Virus record (IMG/VR): IMGVR_UViG_3300029911_000001
Span: 167,109 to 231,108 of that record
Direction: 5' to 3' (one strand)
DNA length: 64,000 nt
The position numbers and the translations under genes are program-made. Positions 9,856-19,960 of this stretch are shown here, piece after piece (the first letter of the stretch is position 1; each line of letters opens with the position of its first letter). The notes under the pieces are model-generated. The model was not told where the DNA came from and did not search any database. It was given only the letters and a program-made list of their open reading frames with translations.

Positions 9856-10086
9856 ATGCGTCATCATGGTCACATGCGGGTTCCAACTTCCACCCAACTC
9901 GAACTGATTGAAGCAGCCCTCAAGGTTGACCTTGAGTTGGCCGCTCATCTGAAGAAGTGTACCGAATGTTCTGAGGATGTAGAAATTGGCACGTGCCCGG
10001 TGGCCGACGAGATGTACTCGCGGGTTAGAACCGCTGCCATCAATCTGAAACGGATTGGATGGCAATCAGGAGTCGAACTGTTATGA
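9856..10086 (+). CDS. Hypothetical protein
   Basis: Coupled 76 aa ORF. Confidence 0.55.
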   Translation: MRHHGHMRVPTSTQLELIEAALKVDLELAAHLKKCTECSEDVEIGTCPVADEMYSRVRTAAINLKRIGWQSGVELL

Positions 10087-10502
10087 GCTACACCGGAGAA
10101 TTCACGGACAACTGCCCTTACTGCGACTCAGTGTGTGATGCTGATTTCTGTGATGTAGGCGTGGGCATGGTACAGTGTGGCCCATTCCACTGTATGCAGT
10201 GCGGAGCCAGCCAGATAGGCCCCTACGATGATACGTTTGACCCGTACCGTACGTTCTGGGCAGAACCTCAGAAGCCGAAAGACCGGGTGCTCACCAAGCG
10301 AGAGAGTGAGACTCACTGGTATGAGCCAAACACCCCTCCCGGTTCCTCTGCCAACGTCATCGGTGGTCATATTGTGAGCCATCAGGTGATGAAGAAGATT
10401 TACGATTTGAAGTTCACCAACAATCCTCAGTATGAGGATAAAGAGTACGTGAACGAATGGTGGAAAAACATACGTGAAGATAGTCAAGCTACAACACGAT
10501 AG
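10083..10502 (+). CDS. Zinc-finger hypothetical protein
   Basis: CPYC and CMQCGA motifs. Confidence 0.65.
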   Translation: MSYTGEFTDNCPYCDSVCDADFCDVGVGMVQCGPFHCMQCGASQIGPYDDTFDPYRTFWAEPQKPKDRVLTKRESETHWYEPNTPPGSSANVIGGHIVSHQVMKKIYDLKFTNNPQYEDKEYVNEWWKNIREDSQATTR

Positions 10503-11466
10503 AGTAAATTTCGTCTACAGCACTGACTGGCATCTCTCCACGAAGCCGCCCGGTCGTAGGCAGGACGATTACCAGTCCTCCATCCTCGCCAAGATAGCAT
10601 TCATCCGCGACCTTACCTTGAAGCTCAAGGGTGTGGCTCTTTGCGGGGGTGACATATTCCACGTCAAGAACCCTAAGTCCCCCGCCAATGGGTTCAGCCT
10701 TCTTTTCCCTCTGTTGCATTTGTTGAGAGAGTTTCCGGTTTACACTGCCATTGGAAATCACGACCTTTCATTCGACAGAATGGATACGATTCCCACCCAA
10801 CCCATCGGTTTGCTATTTGCAGCTAAAGCTTGCCACAATCTGAACGATGAGCCTGTCCTATTCGTCAACGAGGCAGAGACAGTCAACGTGCTGGTGGAGA
10901 CGTTCCCCTATGAGCATGGTGCCGAGACTCTTCAGCGGCTCCTCGCCACAGGGCCTCGGCCAGATGGCGTTCAGCATCGCATCGCGATTGTCCACTCGTA
11001 TGGTGAGCCGGGGAATGGTGGTGGTATGTTTGGTGAAGCGATTGGCTACAACCAGATTGAGCACCTAGACTATGACTTCATGCTGTGGGGACACGACCAC
11101 TCTCGTCACGAGACGGTTGAAGTCGGAGGAATAACACACGTTAACCTTGGCTCACTCGCTCGTGCTGCATATGATTACGATGAAGTGACGCGACCTGTCG
11201 TGGCGACCATTCTGTCTTTCGCTGAAGACGGTATTAGATATAAGGAAAAGGAAATCCCGGTCAGCCCTCTGAACATTGCGTTCAAGACGGCGGACAAGGA
11301 AGTCGTTGACGTGGTGAAGTCGGACGAACTGAAAGAGTTCTTCATCGCCATGGACGAGCAGGTTGGGGACATCGAGTCAACCGACCCACGAGAAGTCATC
11401 AACGCTCTCTGCCCAGCCGATGAACCGAAGCTGCGTTCCTTGATTACTGAACTATGTGAACTATAA
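10474..11466 (+). CDS. SbcD/Mre11-like metallophosphoesterase nuclease
   Basis: TDWH, GGDIFH, GNHD, GHDH, NLGSL motifs. Confidence 0.85.
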   Translation: MKIVKLQHDRVNFVYSTDWHLSTKPPGRRQDDYQSSILAKIAFIRDLTLKLKGVALCGGDIFHVKNPKSPANGFSLLFPLLHLLREFPVYTAIGNHDLSFDRMDTIPTQPIGLLFAAKACHNLNDEPVLFVNEAETVNVLVETFPYEHGAETLQRLLATGPRPDGVQHRIAIVHSYGEPGNGGGMFGEAIGYNQIEHLDYDFMLWGHDHSRHETVEVGGITHVNLGSLARAAYDYDEVTRPVVATILSFAEDGIRYKEKEIPVSPLNIAFKTADKEVVDVVKSDELKEFFIAMDEQVGDIESTDPREVINALCPADEPKLRSLITELCEL

Positions 11467-11481
11467 TAGAGGTCTTTATTC

Positions 11482-12213
11482 ATGATAGTTTACATGGTTT
11501 ACAACAGAGTCAACGGGAAGCAGTATGTAGGAAAGACCGTAAAATATGTAGCACGTAGGTGGTCGGAGCATCTAGCTGCGGCTAAACGGGGGAGTAAATA
11601 CTACCTTCATGCAGCAATACGTAAGTACGGTGTAGGGGCTTTTTTGGTTGTACCCTTATCCCATGGGGCATCCTCTGAAGAAGAGTTAGCCGAACAAGAG
11701 AGGTACTTTATCCAAAGGTATCATACTAACGATACAACCCTTGGCTATAATCTCACAGATGGGGGTGAGGGTACCACTGGATTTAGGCATTCAGCAGAAA
11801 CCAAAGATAAATTGCGTAAGTCCAAACTAGGCGTCCCCTCGTGGAACAAAGGTGTATCTCCTAGTGACGCCACTCGAAAGAAGATAGGGGCTGCACATAA
11901 AGGCAACAAATACTGTGTGGGCAGAACGCTGTCAGATGCGACTAAACAAAAAATTTCCATGAAGGCTAGGGGGAGACCCACATCAGACACGTTACGTCAA
12001 GTTCGGTCTCAAAATGCTCAGGGGTCAAATAATCCAATGTATGGTCGGAGCCAGAAAGAAACTACCCGTAATTTTATTAGTCAGAAACGTTTAGAACGAG
12101 AAAAGACAGACCACACGTCATCTCGCAATATTATTAGGGTCAATCATGTTCGATGGCATACTAATCGGGGTATTGTAAGTAACGACTGTAGCTATTGCGA
12201 AGGCGCGGCATGA
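11482..12213 (+). CDS. GIY-YIG homing endonuclease with NUMOD3 repeats
   Basis: IVY...YVGKT...RWSEH, GYNLTDGGEG, HSAETKDKLR repeats. Confidence 0.88.
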   Translation: MIVYMVYNRVNGKQYVGKTVKYVARRWSEHLAAAKRGSKYYLHAAIRKYGVGAFLVVPLSHGASSEEELAEQERYFIQRYHTNDTTLGYNLTDGGEGTTGFRHSAETKDKLRKSKLGVPSWNKGVSPSDATRKKIGAAHKGNKYCVGRTLSDATKQKISMKARGRPTSDTLRQVRSQNAQGSNNPMYGRSQKETTRNFISQKRLEREKTDHTSSRNIIRVNHVRWHTNRGIVSNDCSYCEGAA

Positions 12214-12585
12214 TTCTAGTCAAGACACAACTTGGGCCAAGCACAGTCCATGGGCTGGGGTTGTTCGCTGCTGAATTCATTCCCAAGGGCACGGTCATAT
12301 GGGAGTTCCGAGAAGGAGTAGACCACCGCATCCCCAAGGAATTGGTGGACGAATTGCCGGAACCGGCACGTTCGACCGTTCGCCACTATTCGGCTTTATG
12401 GGGTGGGGGGTTACGTCGTATCGGCGGATGACGCAAGGTACTTCAACCATTCGGATACGCCTAACCTGATGACCCTTGCGGAGCCGGATGTAGACATAGC
12501 GGTTCGTGACATCCACCCCGGAGAAGAGTTGTTCGAAAACTATTTTGAATTCGATGAAGACGCAGCAGAAAAATTAGGAGTGTAA
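12210..12585 (+). pseudogene. SET-domain protein interrupted by a frameshift in a G6 run
   Basis: GPSTVHGLGLFA...IPKGTVIWEF in one frame; ARYFNHSDTPN...DIHPGEELFENY in the next; removing one G at 12405-12410 fuses them. Confidence 0.8.
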
Positions 12586-12729
12586 CGATGATTGTTAGCT
12601 GTGATAAATGTGGCGACGTGTTCAACGACGAGTTTGTATCGACAGTGTGCCCTCACAAGGGGATTGGGTACTGTAGGCGATGCGATTGCATCATCTGCGT
12701 ATGCTACGTAGAGAAAGAGGAAGTGACTA

Positions 12730-13173
12730 ATGATTCTCGCACATAACGTAAAAATCATATACTTGGCAGGTCCTATCAACAGTTGCACCGATGAAGAGTG
12801 TAAGGACTGGCGTGCAGCGGCCAAGAAGTATTTCAACCACAACAGTGAAGAGATTGGCCCCATTCGCGTCCTCGACCCTATGCGTCGTGACTATCGTGGG
12901 CAGGAGATGAGCCCCCACATCCGCCACCTGATTGTGAAGGGCGACAAGACCGACTACCGTTCCGCCGACATCCTATTGGTCTACTCACCCAAGCCCAGCT
13001 ACGGCACGGCCATGGAGATGTTCGACGCCTACGAGAATCTGGACAAGTGGGTGGTCGTGGTCAACGCCGACGAATTCCCCTCCCCTTGGCTTGCTGAGCA
13101 CTGCGATTACCGCGTACCTACGTTCGAGCTTGCGTTTGAGACCATCAAGGGAATCATCAAGGAAATGCAGTGA
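12730..13173 (+). CDS. Nucleoside 2-deoxyribosyltransferase-like protein
   Basis: IYLAGPI, DPMRR, SYGTAME, SPWL motifs. Confidence 0.78.
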   Translation: MILAHNVKIIYLAGPINSCTDEECKDWRAAAKKYFNHNSEEIGPIRVLDPMRRDYRGQEMSPHIRHLIVKGDKTDYRSADILLVYSPKPSYGTAMEMFDAYENLDKWVVVVNADEFPSPWLAEHCDYRVPTFELAFETIKGIIKEMQ

Positions 13174-13391
13174 GCGAACTAGAATACCTCGCGCTCACCC
13201 CGGTTTACGAGCTAGTTACGGTTGAAGGGGTCACCTACTATACCACACCGAATGGCAAGAACGATTTCAGTGAGGAGAAGAACGCCCTCATTCGCCTTCA
13301 TACGCCCCCCAAGGCTGTGGTTGTGAAGCCGAAGGCTCTCCCGGCTCCGGTGGCTGAACCTAATAATAAGAGGAAGAAATCCGCCTCGTAA
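13170..13391 (+). CDS. Hypothetical protein
   Basis: GTGA-coupled 73 aa ORF. Confidence 0.55.
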   Translation: MSELEYLALTPVYELVTVEGVTYYTTPNGKNDFSEEKNALIRLHTPPKAVVVKPKALPAPVAEPNNKRKKSAS

Positions 13392-13477
13392 GAGCAAAAC
13401 AGATCAGTGCGACGCCGCACATAGGGGTATAACCAGAGGTGTGCAAAGTGCATGTACGCAAATGAAGGGAGAATCAC

Positions 13478-13657
13478 ATGCCCCAGCCTATCCACGTCGT
13501 CCCTGCCCCTCGTGCTTCCAACGTCATCTATTTTGTTCATACTTCCGGCTTCGCAGCATGGAAGAACCAGCGCAAGGCGGCTATGGACGCCGAAGCTGAC
13601 AAGGCTCTGATTGAAGAGACCGCCGATGCTCCGCCCCCATTTGAGTTGCCATACTAA
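13478..13657 (+). CDS. Small hypothetical protein (59 aa, absent from ORF track)
   Basis: MPQPIHVV...PFELPY, SD GGGAG upstream. Confidence 0.55.
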   Translation: MPQPIHVVPAPRASNVIYFVHTSGFAAWKNQRKAAMDAEADKALIEETADAPPPFELPY

Positions 13658-13689
13658 AGGGTTGACTCTGGAGTTTCCATACATGTAAC

Positions 13690-14352
13690 ATGTTGAGTAT
13701 GGAAATTTTAAAGGGCTACCCTAACATCTTCTTCACATCAGATTTGCACTTTGACCACCAGTTCATGGTGAAGGGTAAGGTCGATGAGAATGGTGTGCTC
13801 CTCCCCGGAGCCACCATTCCCCGACCTATGTTCTCTACTGTGGATGAGATGAATGAAACCATCATTGCTCGGAACAACGAGCGGGTAAGACCCGGTGACC
13901 TTGTGTACGACCTTGGTGACTTCGCGGTTAAGACCACTGAAGAGAGAGCGATGGCTTATCGCAAGCGGCTTATTGGTCAGCGGTATCAGTTTGAGGGTAA
14001 TCACGACCAGATTGCAACTAAGCTTGCCAAGAAGGGGGCGTTCATCTGGTACAGGCAGCTTGAAGAACTCAGCCTCGGGAGCCCTTACTTTGAAGGGGAT
14101 AAGCGTCAGCTTATTGTTCTTTGCCACTACGCCATGAAAGTGTGGCACAATAGTTTCAGAGGGGCATTCATGCTCTATGGACATTCACATGGAATGCTCC
14201 CTGAAGACCACACTCTTTCTTTTGATGTTGGAGTGGATGTTTGGGATTTCTACCCGGTTAGTATCGAAGAAGTCAAGGCAAAGATGGTACGGAAATTGCC
14301 AGCGTGGTTGGAGTACCAAGAGACCCTTAAGGGTTTGGGGAGGGTGGAATAG
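13690..14352 (+). CDS. Calcineurin-like metallophosphoesterase
   Basis: SDLHFDH, LGDF, GNHD, LCHY, GHSHG, DVGVD. Confidence 0.88.
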   Translation: MLSMEILKGYPNIFFTSDLHFDHQFMVKGKVDENGVLLPGATIPRPMFSTVDEMNETIIARNNERVRPGDLVYDLGDFAVKTTEERAMAYRKRLIGQRYQFEGNHDQIATKLAKKGAFIWYRQLEELSLGSPYFEGDKRQLIVLCHYAMKVWHNSFRGAFMLYGHSHGMLPEDHTLSFDVGVDVWDFYPVSIEEVKAKMVRKLPAWLEYQETLKGLGRVE

Positions 14353-14806
14353 GCTTTCCCGCCCGAACCCACCGTTGAAGTTTGGGACGGGTCATGTTTA
14401 GGGCTTGTGCTGCGAGAGAAAGGGAGCCGTATTCCACCCCGTTAATGGTGATAGGGGTGGCACGTGGGTGTTCGTTTCCCGCTTTGAATGAGGTAGTAGT
14501 GGGCTTCCCATAAAAGTGATGGCTGTCTCCCTTGGCGTAGGGTCGCTTGGCTATTTTCTTCTTTGCTTTATCCGTGTGAGTTTTACCATAGAAAGGATTT
14601 CCGCTTCCTAAGATGCGGGGTCTAGGTCCGCATAGATTAGCCCGATGTTCAGCCGTCTTGGGCTTCCCTTTTAGCGCATCACTTATGTGTTTATTCCACT
14701 CCAGCGTTCTACTGGTTGATGTGTTCCCACCGTCCCCACCACAGGTAATGTTGTATCCAAGGGTTTGAGTTTGCTGTTTGGCGATAAGTTCCTTATTTGG
14801 GCATTG
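14327..14806 (-). pseudogene. N-terminally truncated GIY-YIG homing endonuclease remnant
   Basis: Start-less 159-codon frame: LGYNITCGGDGG...GNPFYGKTHTDKAKKKI...ITINGVEYGSLSLAAQALN; TGA in frame at 14807-14809. Confidence 0.8.
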
Positions 14807-14808
14807 TC

Positions 14809-15030
14809 ATGGAATGGGAGAGAGTAATGGCTATCATGGCTGACGAAAAAGAGGAAGCACGTATCGCCAAGCTGGAAGCTTTCTACAAAGCTGTAATCGA
14901 CTTAACCCTTAACCATGACACCCTTAATTCACCGATATGGGGTGGAGAGGAAGAGCACGCTGTAGTATTCCCAAGTAAGCTGGGTGCTGCACTCGAAAAG
15001 GTTGACCCGGAGTGGTATCGTAACACCTAA
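14809..15030 (+). CDS. Hypothetical protein
   Basis: ORF with phage-like codon usage. Confidence 0.55.
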   Translation: MEWERVMAIMADEKEEARIAKLEAFYKAVIDLTLNHDTLNSPIWGGEEEHAVVFPSKLGAALEKVDPEWYRNT

Positions 15031-15060
15031 AATCGCTGGTATTAGTGTCTGGAGGATTTG

Positions 15061-15519
15061 ATGTCCCTAGACCAACCTAAACCAGATAACTATTCTATCG
15101 CTGTTCAATCCAATGTTGCCACGCAGATTCAACCCCTTCCCATATCAGGTGATATAGATGTTGCCCATGCTGTCACTGCTAACCTGCGTCAGATGGGGTT
15201 TAACTCTATCTGCGAGGACATCGAAGCTCGTGTGGCCTTAGGTGAGCAGAAGTATGGAAGCCGCCTGAAAGCGTTCAATGGCCGTGATGTCCTTACCGAT
15301 TTAGGACAAGAGGTTCTGGACGCAATTAACTATGCCAAACAAGCTGAGATTGAAGGGCGAGATGATGGCTCCCTTTTTCAGTTGGTAGTGGCGGTCGCTG
15401 TTTTGGTTGAGGGTAAGTGGAAATTCAAACTGGATGGGTATCAAGAAAATGAACTATGGGACTCTTTATTGAGGTCTATAGATGAGATTATCCAAAGAAA
15501 AGCAAGCCGCAGTCGTTGA
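15061..15519 (+). CDS. Hypothetical protein, possibly all-alpha NTP pyrophosphohydrolase-like
   Basis: RVALGEQKYG...DLGQEVLDAINY pattern; SD GGAGG. Confidence 0.45.
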   Translation: MSLDQPKPDNYSIAVQSNVATQIQPLPISGDIDVAHAVTANLRQMGFNSICEDIEARVALGEQKYGSRLKAFNGRDVLTDLGQEVLDAINYAKQAEIEGRDDGSLFQLVVAVAVLVEGKWKFKLDGYQENELWDSLLRSIDEIIQRKASRSR

Positions 15520-16292
15520 AGCCTACAGCCAAGGGGCTTCATGTAAGCAGGTAGGTCGGGACTTTAGCATAAGTCCTCAGACAGTATCCAATTTGCTTAA
15601 GCGAACCGGCTTATCAGCTAGAGCCGACTTTCGGCTACCAATTCATAATGAAACCGCTTTTAGTTGCATCACCCCCACCTCTGCGTATTGGGCGGGATTT
15701 CTTCTTGCAGATGGGTGTATCCACTTCCATTTGGGACGTTACCCAAAGGTGATTCTCGAACTCGGACTTCCATTTGGGACGTTACCCAAAGGTGATTCTC
15801 GAACTCGGGATTGAGGACAGGGAACACGTTGAAAAATTTAGAGAATTTCTTCAAGCAGAGGCGGGGGTAAAGGTTAGTCATAAAGGGGCTGCGGCGAGAT
15901 TTGAAGTTACCAGTCAACGGTTGGTGTCTGACCTGCTATCGTTAGGAATAACTGAACGTAAGAGTCTGACAGCGACTGTCAGCCCCTCACTAGAAAATAA
16001 TCGGGATTTCTGGCGGGGGGTGATAGACGGTGATGGGTGGCTGGGATACAACTCGGGGAATGGACGACCCCACATTGGTTTGATTGGGACTAGAGCCACA
16101 ATAGAGTCTTTTCAAGACTTTTGTGGTATAGAGGGTACTGTGGGTACCCAATATAAGATGTCCACAGCAGTCTACTATTCACGCAAAGCAGCTAAAGTAG
16201 CTAGGGTACTTTACGCTGAAACCAAATTGTATTTGGATAGAAAGAAAATTTTGGCAGACAGTATTATGGAATATAGGAAGGAACAACTATGA
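15482..16292 (+). pseudogene. LAGLIDADG homing endonuclease broken by an internal duplication
   Basis: YWAGFLLADGCI and FWRGVIDGDGW in different frames, separated by a 43-bp tandem duplication. Confidence 0.85.
15723..15808 (+). repeat. Perfect 43-bp tandem duplication
   Basis: ACTTCCATTTGGGACGTTACCCAAAGGTGATTCTCGAACTCGG x2. Confidence 0.97.
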
Positions 16293-16747
16293 CTATGAAA
16301 ATAGCTGGAAGCTCCACGGTGAACGACCCCTTGTTCGAACCTTGCAACAAGGTTACCTTCGTGCCCAACGCAGACGGCCCGACGCGGGATGAGTTTATCA
16401 AGCAGCGGTATGGAGTAGACCCGGACGATGTTATCGCCGTCCCCTTCTCTGAGCTTGAAGGAACTGTACTCACTCAAGTAGACTCCAACTTCACTTATCA
16501 AGGCTCCCCCGTGTCCATGGACGTTACTGGCGACGTGCAGACTCTTCGCGTTGAGCCGGAGCCTGTCACCAAACTGGGTGAGCAGTTGGCAACCGAGTTG
16601 GACTCCTTCGACTCTCCTACAGCCGCTGACATTTCCACCCCTAGCTCTACCTACATTGTAGGTGCCTACGAGAGTGGAGAACCGGCCAAGATGGTCATCG
16701 ACTCCGAAGAGAAGATGGAGCAGCTTGAGAAGAAGGCCACTGCATGA
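16289..16747 (+). CDS. Acidic hypothetical protein
   Basis: 152 aa coupled ORF. Confidence 0.7.
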   Translation: MTMKIAGSSTVNDPLFEPCNKVTFVPNADGPTRDEFIKQRYGVDPDDVIAVPFSELEGTVLTQVDSNFTYQGSPVSMDVTGDVQTLRVEPEPVTKLGEQLATELDSFDSPTAADISTPSSTYIVGAYESGEPAKMVIDSEEKMEQLEKKATA

Positions 16748-16977
16748 TTGAACATGGCATCCCCATTCCAGAATCGACTGAAGCGGAACTCCACATCCGC
16801 ATCCCTGACCTTCTGCAAATGAAGGTCGGGGACTCTACTCTCATTGACGAGAACGAGATAGGTAGAGTTGGTCATATTGAACTGGCCGTATGGGGTATGA
16901 AGCGTAACCAGCAGCACAAGCTGGTTCACATGGACAAGGTACTTGACGGTAAGGCACGTATCTGGAGAACGCGGTAA
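16744..16977 (+). CDS. Hypothetical protein
   Basis: ATGA-coupled 77 aa ORF. Confidence 0.6.
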   Translation: MIEHGIPIPESTEAELHIRIPDLLQMKVGDSTLIDENEIGRVGHIELAVWGMKRNQQHKLVHMDKVLDGKARIWRTR

Positions 16978-16980
16978 CTC

Positions 16981-17772
16981 ATGGGCAATAACTACAGCAA
17001 GAAAATCAAAGCTGCTAAGACTACCAAGACACGTGCAACGAAAGAGTCGGCGACGATTCCATGGAAGAGAGAGATGGAGCCCGAGGCTCCTTATCATCCG
17101 AGTGCAAAGCTGGCGACTCTAAAGGTCATTCCACGCTCAGTGAACCAGAAGGCATACCTCGATGCCATCGACAAGCATGATATGGTGTTTGGTATTGGAC
17201 CTGCGGGGACAGGAAAGACGTTCCTCGCCGTCGCCAAGGCGGTGCAGTGGCTGGCGAAGAAGAACAACCGCCTCGTGCTCATCCGCCCTGCGGTTGAAGC
17301 GGGTGAGAGTCTCGGCTTCCTCCCCGGCTCCATGCAGGAGAAGGTTGACCCGTATCTCCGCCCCATCTACGATGCTCTTTATGCTCTGATGCCTTCCCCA
17401 CTGGTGAACAAGTATCTAGAAGATGGCGTCATTGAAGTGGCTGCGGTGGCGTTTCTGCGAGGTCGTACATTGAACAACTGCTTCGTGATTGTAGATGAAG
17501 CTCAGAACACCACTCGTGAGCAGATGAAGATGATTTTAACTCGTATGGGTGAGGGCTCCAAGTTTGTCATCAATGGTGACGACACGCAGATTGACATCAG
17601 GCCCAAGTTCGACAGCGGCATCATTCATGCCGAGAAGGTACTCGAACGGGTACTCAAGATTCACTTCCAGTATTTCGAGGACGAAGACATTGTTCGTCAC
17701 CCGCTGGTGAAGGAGATTGTTGAAGCCTACCGGGAGGAAGAGTACGCGGAGGAAGAGAATGACCCCGCGTGA
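16981..17772 (+). CDS. phoH: PhoH-family ATPase
   Basis: [35 protein letters not shown]. Confidence 0.95.
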   Translation: MGNNYSKKIKAAKTTKTRATKESATIPWKREMEPEAPYHPSAKLATLKVIPRSVNQKAYLDAIDKHDMVFGIGPAGTGKTFLAVAKAVQWLAKKNNRLVLIRPAVEAGESLGFLPGSMQEKVDPYLRPIYDALYALMPSPLVNKYLEDGVIEVAAVAFLRGRTLNNCFVIVDEAQNTTREQMKMILTRMGEGSKFVINGDDTQIDIRPKFDSGIIHAEKVLERVLKIHFQYFEDEDIVRHPLVKEIVEAYREEEYAEEENDPA

Positions 17773-18187
17773 AGAGTACGAAGCAGTATTGAAAGAGTAC
17801 GACCTTCGACAGGCACGGGAAGAGGCTGAGGTCGAAGCTGAATACTACCGGATGGTCAAGCCGATGCTGGAGCAGTACGTCGGTGCTAAGGTATGTGACG
17901 CCACTATCTCTGCCATCACGTCCGATTGCATGAACCTTGCTCGTCACTTGTCGATGAGGTTCAGGGATGAGTACGAAATCCTTCTCGGCTACAACGAGGA
18001 AGACCGGTCTATCAATATCGGCTACAGGATCAAGCCTCGCATCTTCGAACCTAATCTTATCCGGGAGCCTTCTGGATTCACTCGGCTGCTTCCTAAGTAT
18101 GACGACATCACACTCCCGTCATCTTACGACGACCTATATCTAAAGTCACCGGAGCATGAGGAAGAGGAAGAGAGCGAAGAGGAATGA
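17759..18187 (+). CDS. Hypothetical protein
   Basis: Coupled ORF with acidic C-terminus. Confidence 0.65.
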   Translation: MTPREEYEAVLKEYDLRQAREEAEVEAEYYRMVKPMLEQYVGAKVCDATISAITSDCMNLARHLSMRFRDEYEILLGYNEEDRSINIGYRIKPRIFEPNLIREPSGFTRLLPKYDDITLPSSYDDLYLKSPEHEEEEESEEE

Positions 18188-18675
18188 CGATGGGGACGGG
18201 TAGACCTAAAAAAGAGAGCACAGAACTCACCTTCTCCTTAGAGAAGGAACAGGAGTTGATGCGTGCTCGGATGGCTGAAAAGTTTCCTTCTCCAAATACC
18301 GTCTCGTTGAGTGCTCAGTTGAACCATCTTGACGAGGTTCCTAGTAGAATCCCGACACCTGAGCCACTTAAAACTAAGGCGGTGCTCTACGCAAGAGTGT
18401 CTACTAAAACACAGAGTCTGGAGAACCAATTACTGGCTCTACGTAAATATGCTGCCCACAAAGGGTTATTGGTGGTAGGAGAATACTCAGACTCTATCCA
18501 CGGCTCTAATTCCATACGAGAGGGGCTAAACACCCTACTATTAGCTGGTAAATGTGGGGAGTTCGGTAAGGTTTTAGTTACAGCCTACGACCGAGTGGCA
18601 CGGGATACTAAACTGTTCCTTCACATCGTAGACATCCTCGGGGGGTGGGGAGTGAAACACCATGGAGTCAAATGA
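18184..18675 (+). CDS. Serine recombinase (resolvase) catalytic domain, C-terminally truncated
   Basis: AVLYARVSTKTQSLENQL, DRVAR; stops about 100 aa after the catalytic Ser. Confidence 0.8.
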   Translation: MTMGTGRPKKESTELTFSLEKEQELMRARMAEKFPSPNTVSLSAQLNHLDEVPSRIPTPEPLKTKAVLYARVSTKTQSLENQLLALRKYAAHKGLLVVGEYSDSIHGSNSIREGLNTLLLAGKCGEFGKVLVTAYDRVARDTKLFLHIVDILGGWGVKHHGVK

Positions 18676-19609
18676 AATGAATGTAACATATCAAAGGGTA
18701 GCAGACACCTTTTCAGGTGAAATCCACCGGCTCTTCTTATCTGAAGACAGTATGAAGGCGGAGTTCTCCAAACAGTTTTCTCATGTAGAGTTTGACAGAA
18801 CCATGCACGGTTCTACCCTTCTCTATAAACTCTTTCGTGACTGCTGGTATGCGACCGGCCCTGAGGTCAAGTGTGAGCCTACAGGCTACGACCGGTTGTT
18901 CGTCTGTCGCAAGCTCTACCATCTTCTCGATTACAATCTGTTCACTCAGGTTCTCCTCAACCTTCAGTCGTACGCTGGCATGTCTTACTACACTGAGGGT
19001 GCCATGAAGGAGATGGACGCTCTCAAGGAGTCGTGGCCGAAGGATGCGAAGCTGAACCCCTTCGAGCCCAAAGTCAAGATGGTGAAGAACGCTACGACCG
19101 ATGAGGAGAAGCGTTACAACAACCTGCTGAGCACGCTCAAGGGTCTGAAGATTATCTCGCAGTTCACTCCGCAGGTAAGCTTCCGCATCAGCCCCATGGG
19201 TTCGACGCCAGCGTTCGCCGACTCTCGCAACATCTCCATGATTGGAATCGGTGGCGACAAGTATCTCAAGACCTTGCCCAACCTCAGCCCCTTCTACATC
19301 CACTGGGCACCGGGCACGACGCCGGAGATGGCTAGGTTCAGCCTCACTGGGTTTACAGTGGAGGGTATCGCATACCCATTCATTTCGAAATCGGGGGGTG
19401 AGATTCTGCAAGAGGTTCTGTTCGCCCGGAAGATTATGGCGGAGGTCTTCGCTCATCATGACATCACTGCTGAAATGTGTGTGATGGTACCCCGCATGAA
19501 CTCCGTATTGATTGTTACGGACAAGGAAGGTATTCACTTGAAGGCTGCGTTCGACAAGCTGAAGGTACAGTACCCGATGCTTGAACTCGCAGAGGGAGGT
19601 CGTGTATGA
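18662..19609 (+). CDS. Hypothetical protein
   Basis: 315 aa ORF with phage-like codon usage. Confidence 0.75.
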   Translation: MESNEMNVTYQRVADTFSGEIHRLFLSEDSMKAEFSKQFSHVEFDRTMHGSTLLYKLFRDCWYATGPEVKCEPTGYDRLFVCRKLYHLLDYNLFTQVLLNLQSYAGMSYYTEGAMKEMDALKESWPKDAKLNPFEPKVKMVKNATTDEEKRYNNLLSTLKGLKIISQFTPQVSFRISPMGSTPAFADSRNISMIGIGGDKYLKTLPNLSPFYIHWAPGTTPEMARFSLTGFTVEGIAYPFISKSGGEILQEVLFARKIMAEVFAHHDITAEMCVMVPRMNSVLIVTDKEGIHLKAAFDKLKVQYPMLELAEGGRV

Positions 19610-19708
19610 TAAAGAAACTGAAGTTCTGCATCGGTTATGCGTGGGCTGCTTGCCGTATGACTTGGGACATGTTGAAGACCCTCGGCAAAGGCTAACGAAA
19701 GAAATTCA

Positions 19709-19745
19709 AAATAAGTGTTTACTTTCTCGAACTTCGTAGTATTAT
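19709..19745 (+). promoter_or_regulatory. Sigma70-like promoter of the Tyr/Leu tRNA block
   Basis: AAATAAGTG-TTTACT-N16-TATTAT; same layout at 24681 and 26609. Confidence 0.7.
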
Positions 19746-19815
19746 GTATAAGAAGTCGCTGCCGGAGCCATCTCTGCACACGCACATGGCCGGGGCAAGA
19801 CAAAAGGAATTGAAA

Positions 19816-19905
19816 ATGAACCGTCTCTCACACAACACGACCCTCGGACTAAGCTTGTATTACCTGCTTAGCAGCGGCCTCGTGCTGTCCGACAGACCCT
19901 CCTAA
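19816..19905 (+). CDS. Putative attenuator leader peptide (Tyr/Leu-rich, 29 aa)
   Basis: MNRLSHNTTLGLSLYYLLSSGLVLSDRPS; SD AAGGA upstream; tandem TAT-TAC, 8 Leu codons. Confidence 0.75.
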   Translation: MNRLSHNTTLGLSLYYLLSSGLVLSDRPS

Positions 19906-19960
19906 CAAGAGCAAGGTTCAAGGATACACGAAGCCGCCCGAAAGGGTGGCTTTTAGTTTT
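19874..19960 (+). promoter_or_regulatory. Antiterminator/terminator switch upstream of tRNA-Tyr
   Basis: Terminator AAGCCGCCC-GAAA-GGGTGGCTT plus U-rich tail (19931-19960); 19874-19884 GCGGCCTCGTG pairs 10/11 with 19927-19937 CACGAAGCCGC. Confidence 0.75.

Noticed and set aside
19750-19960. T-box riboswitch as the explanation for the Tyr/Leu leader
   Set aside because: No T-box consensus (AGGGTGGNACCGCG) in the antiterminator and no stem I; an SD-led ORF explains the layout better.
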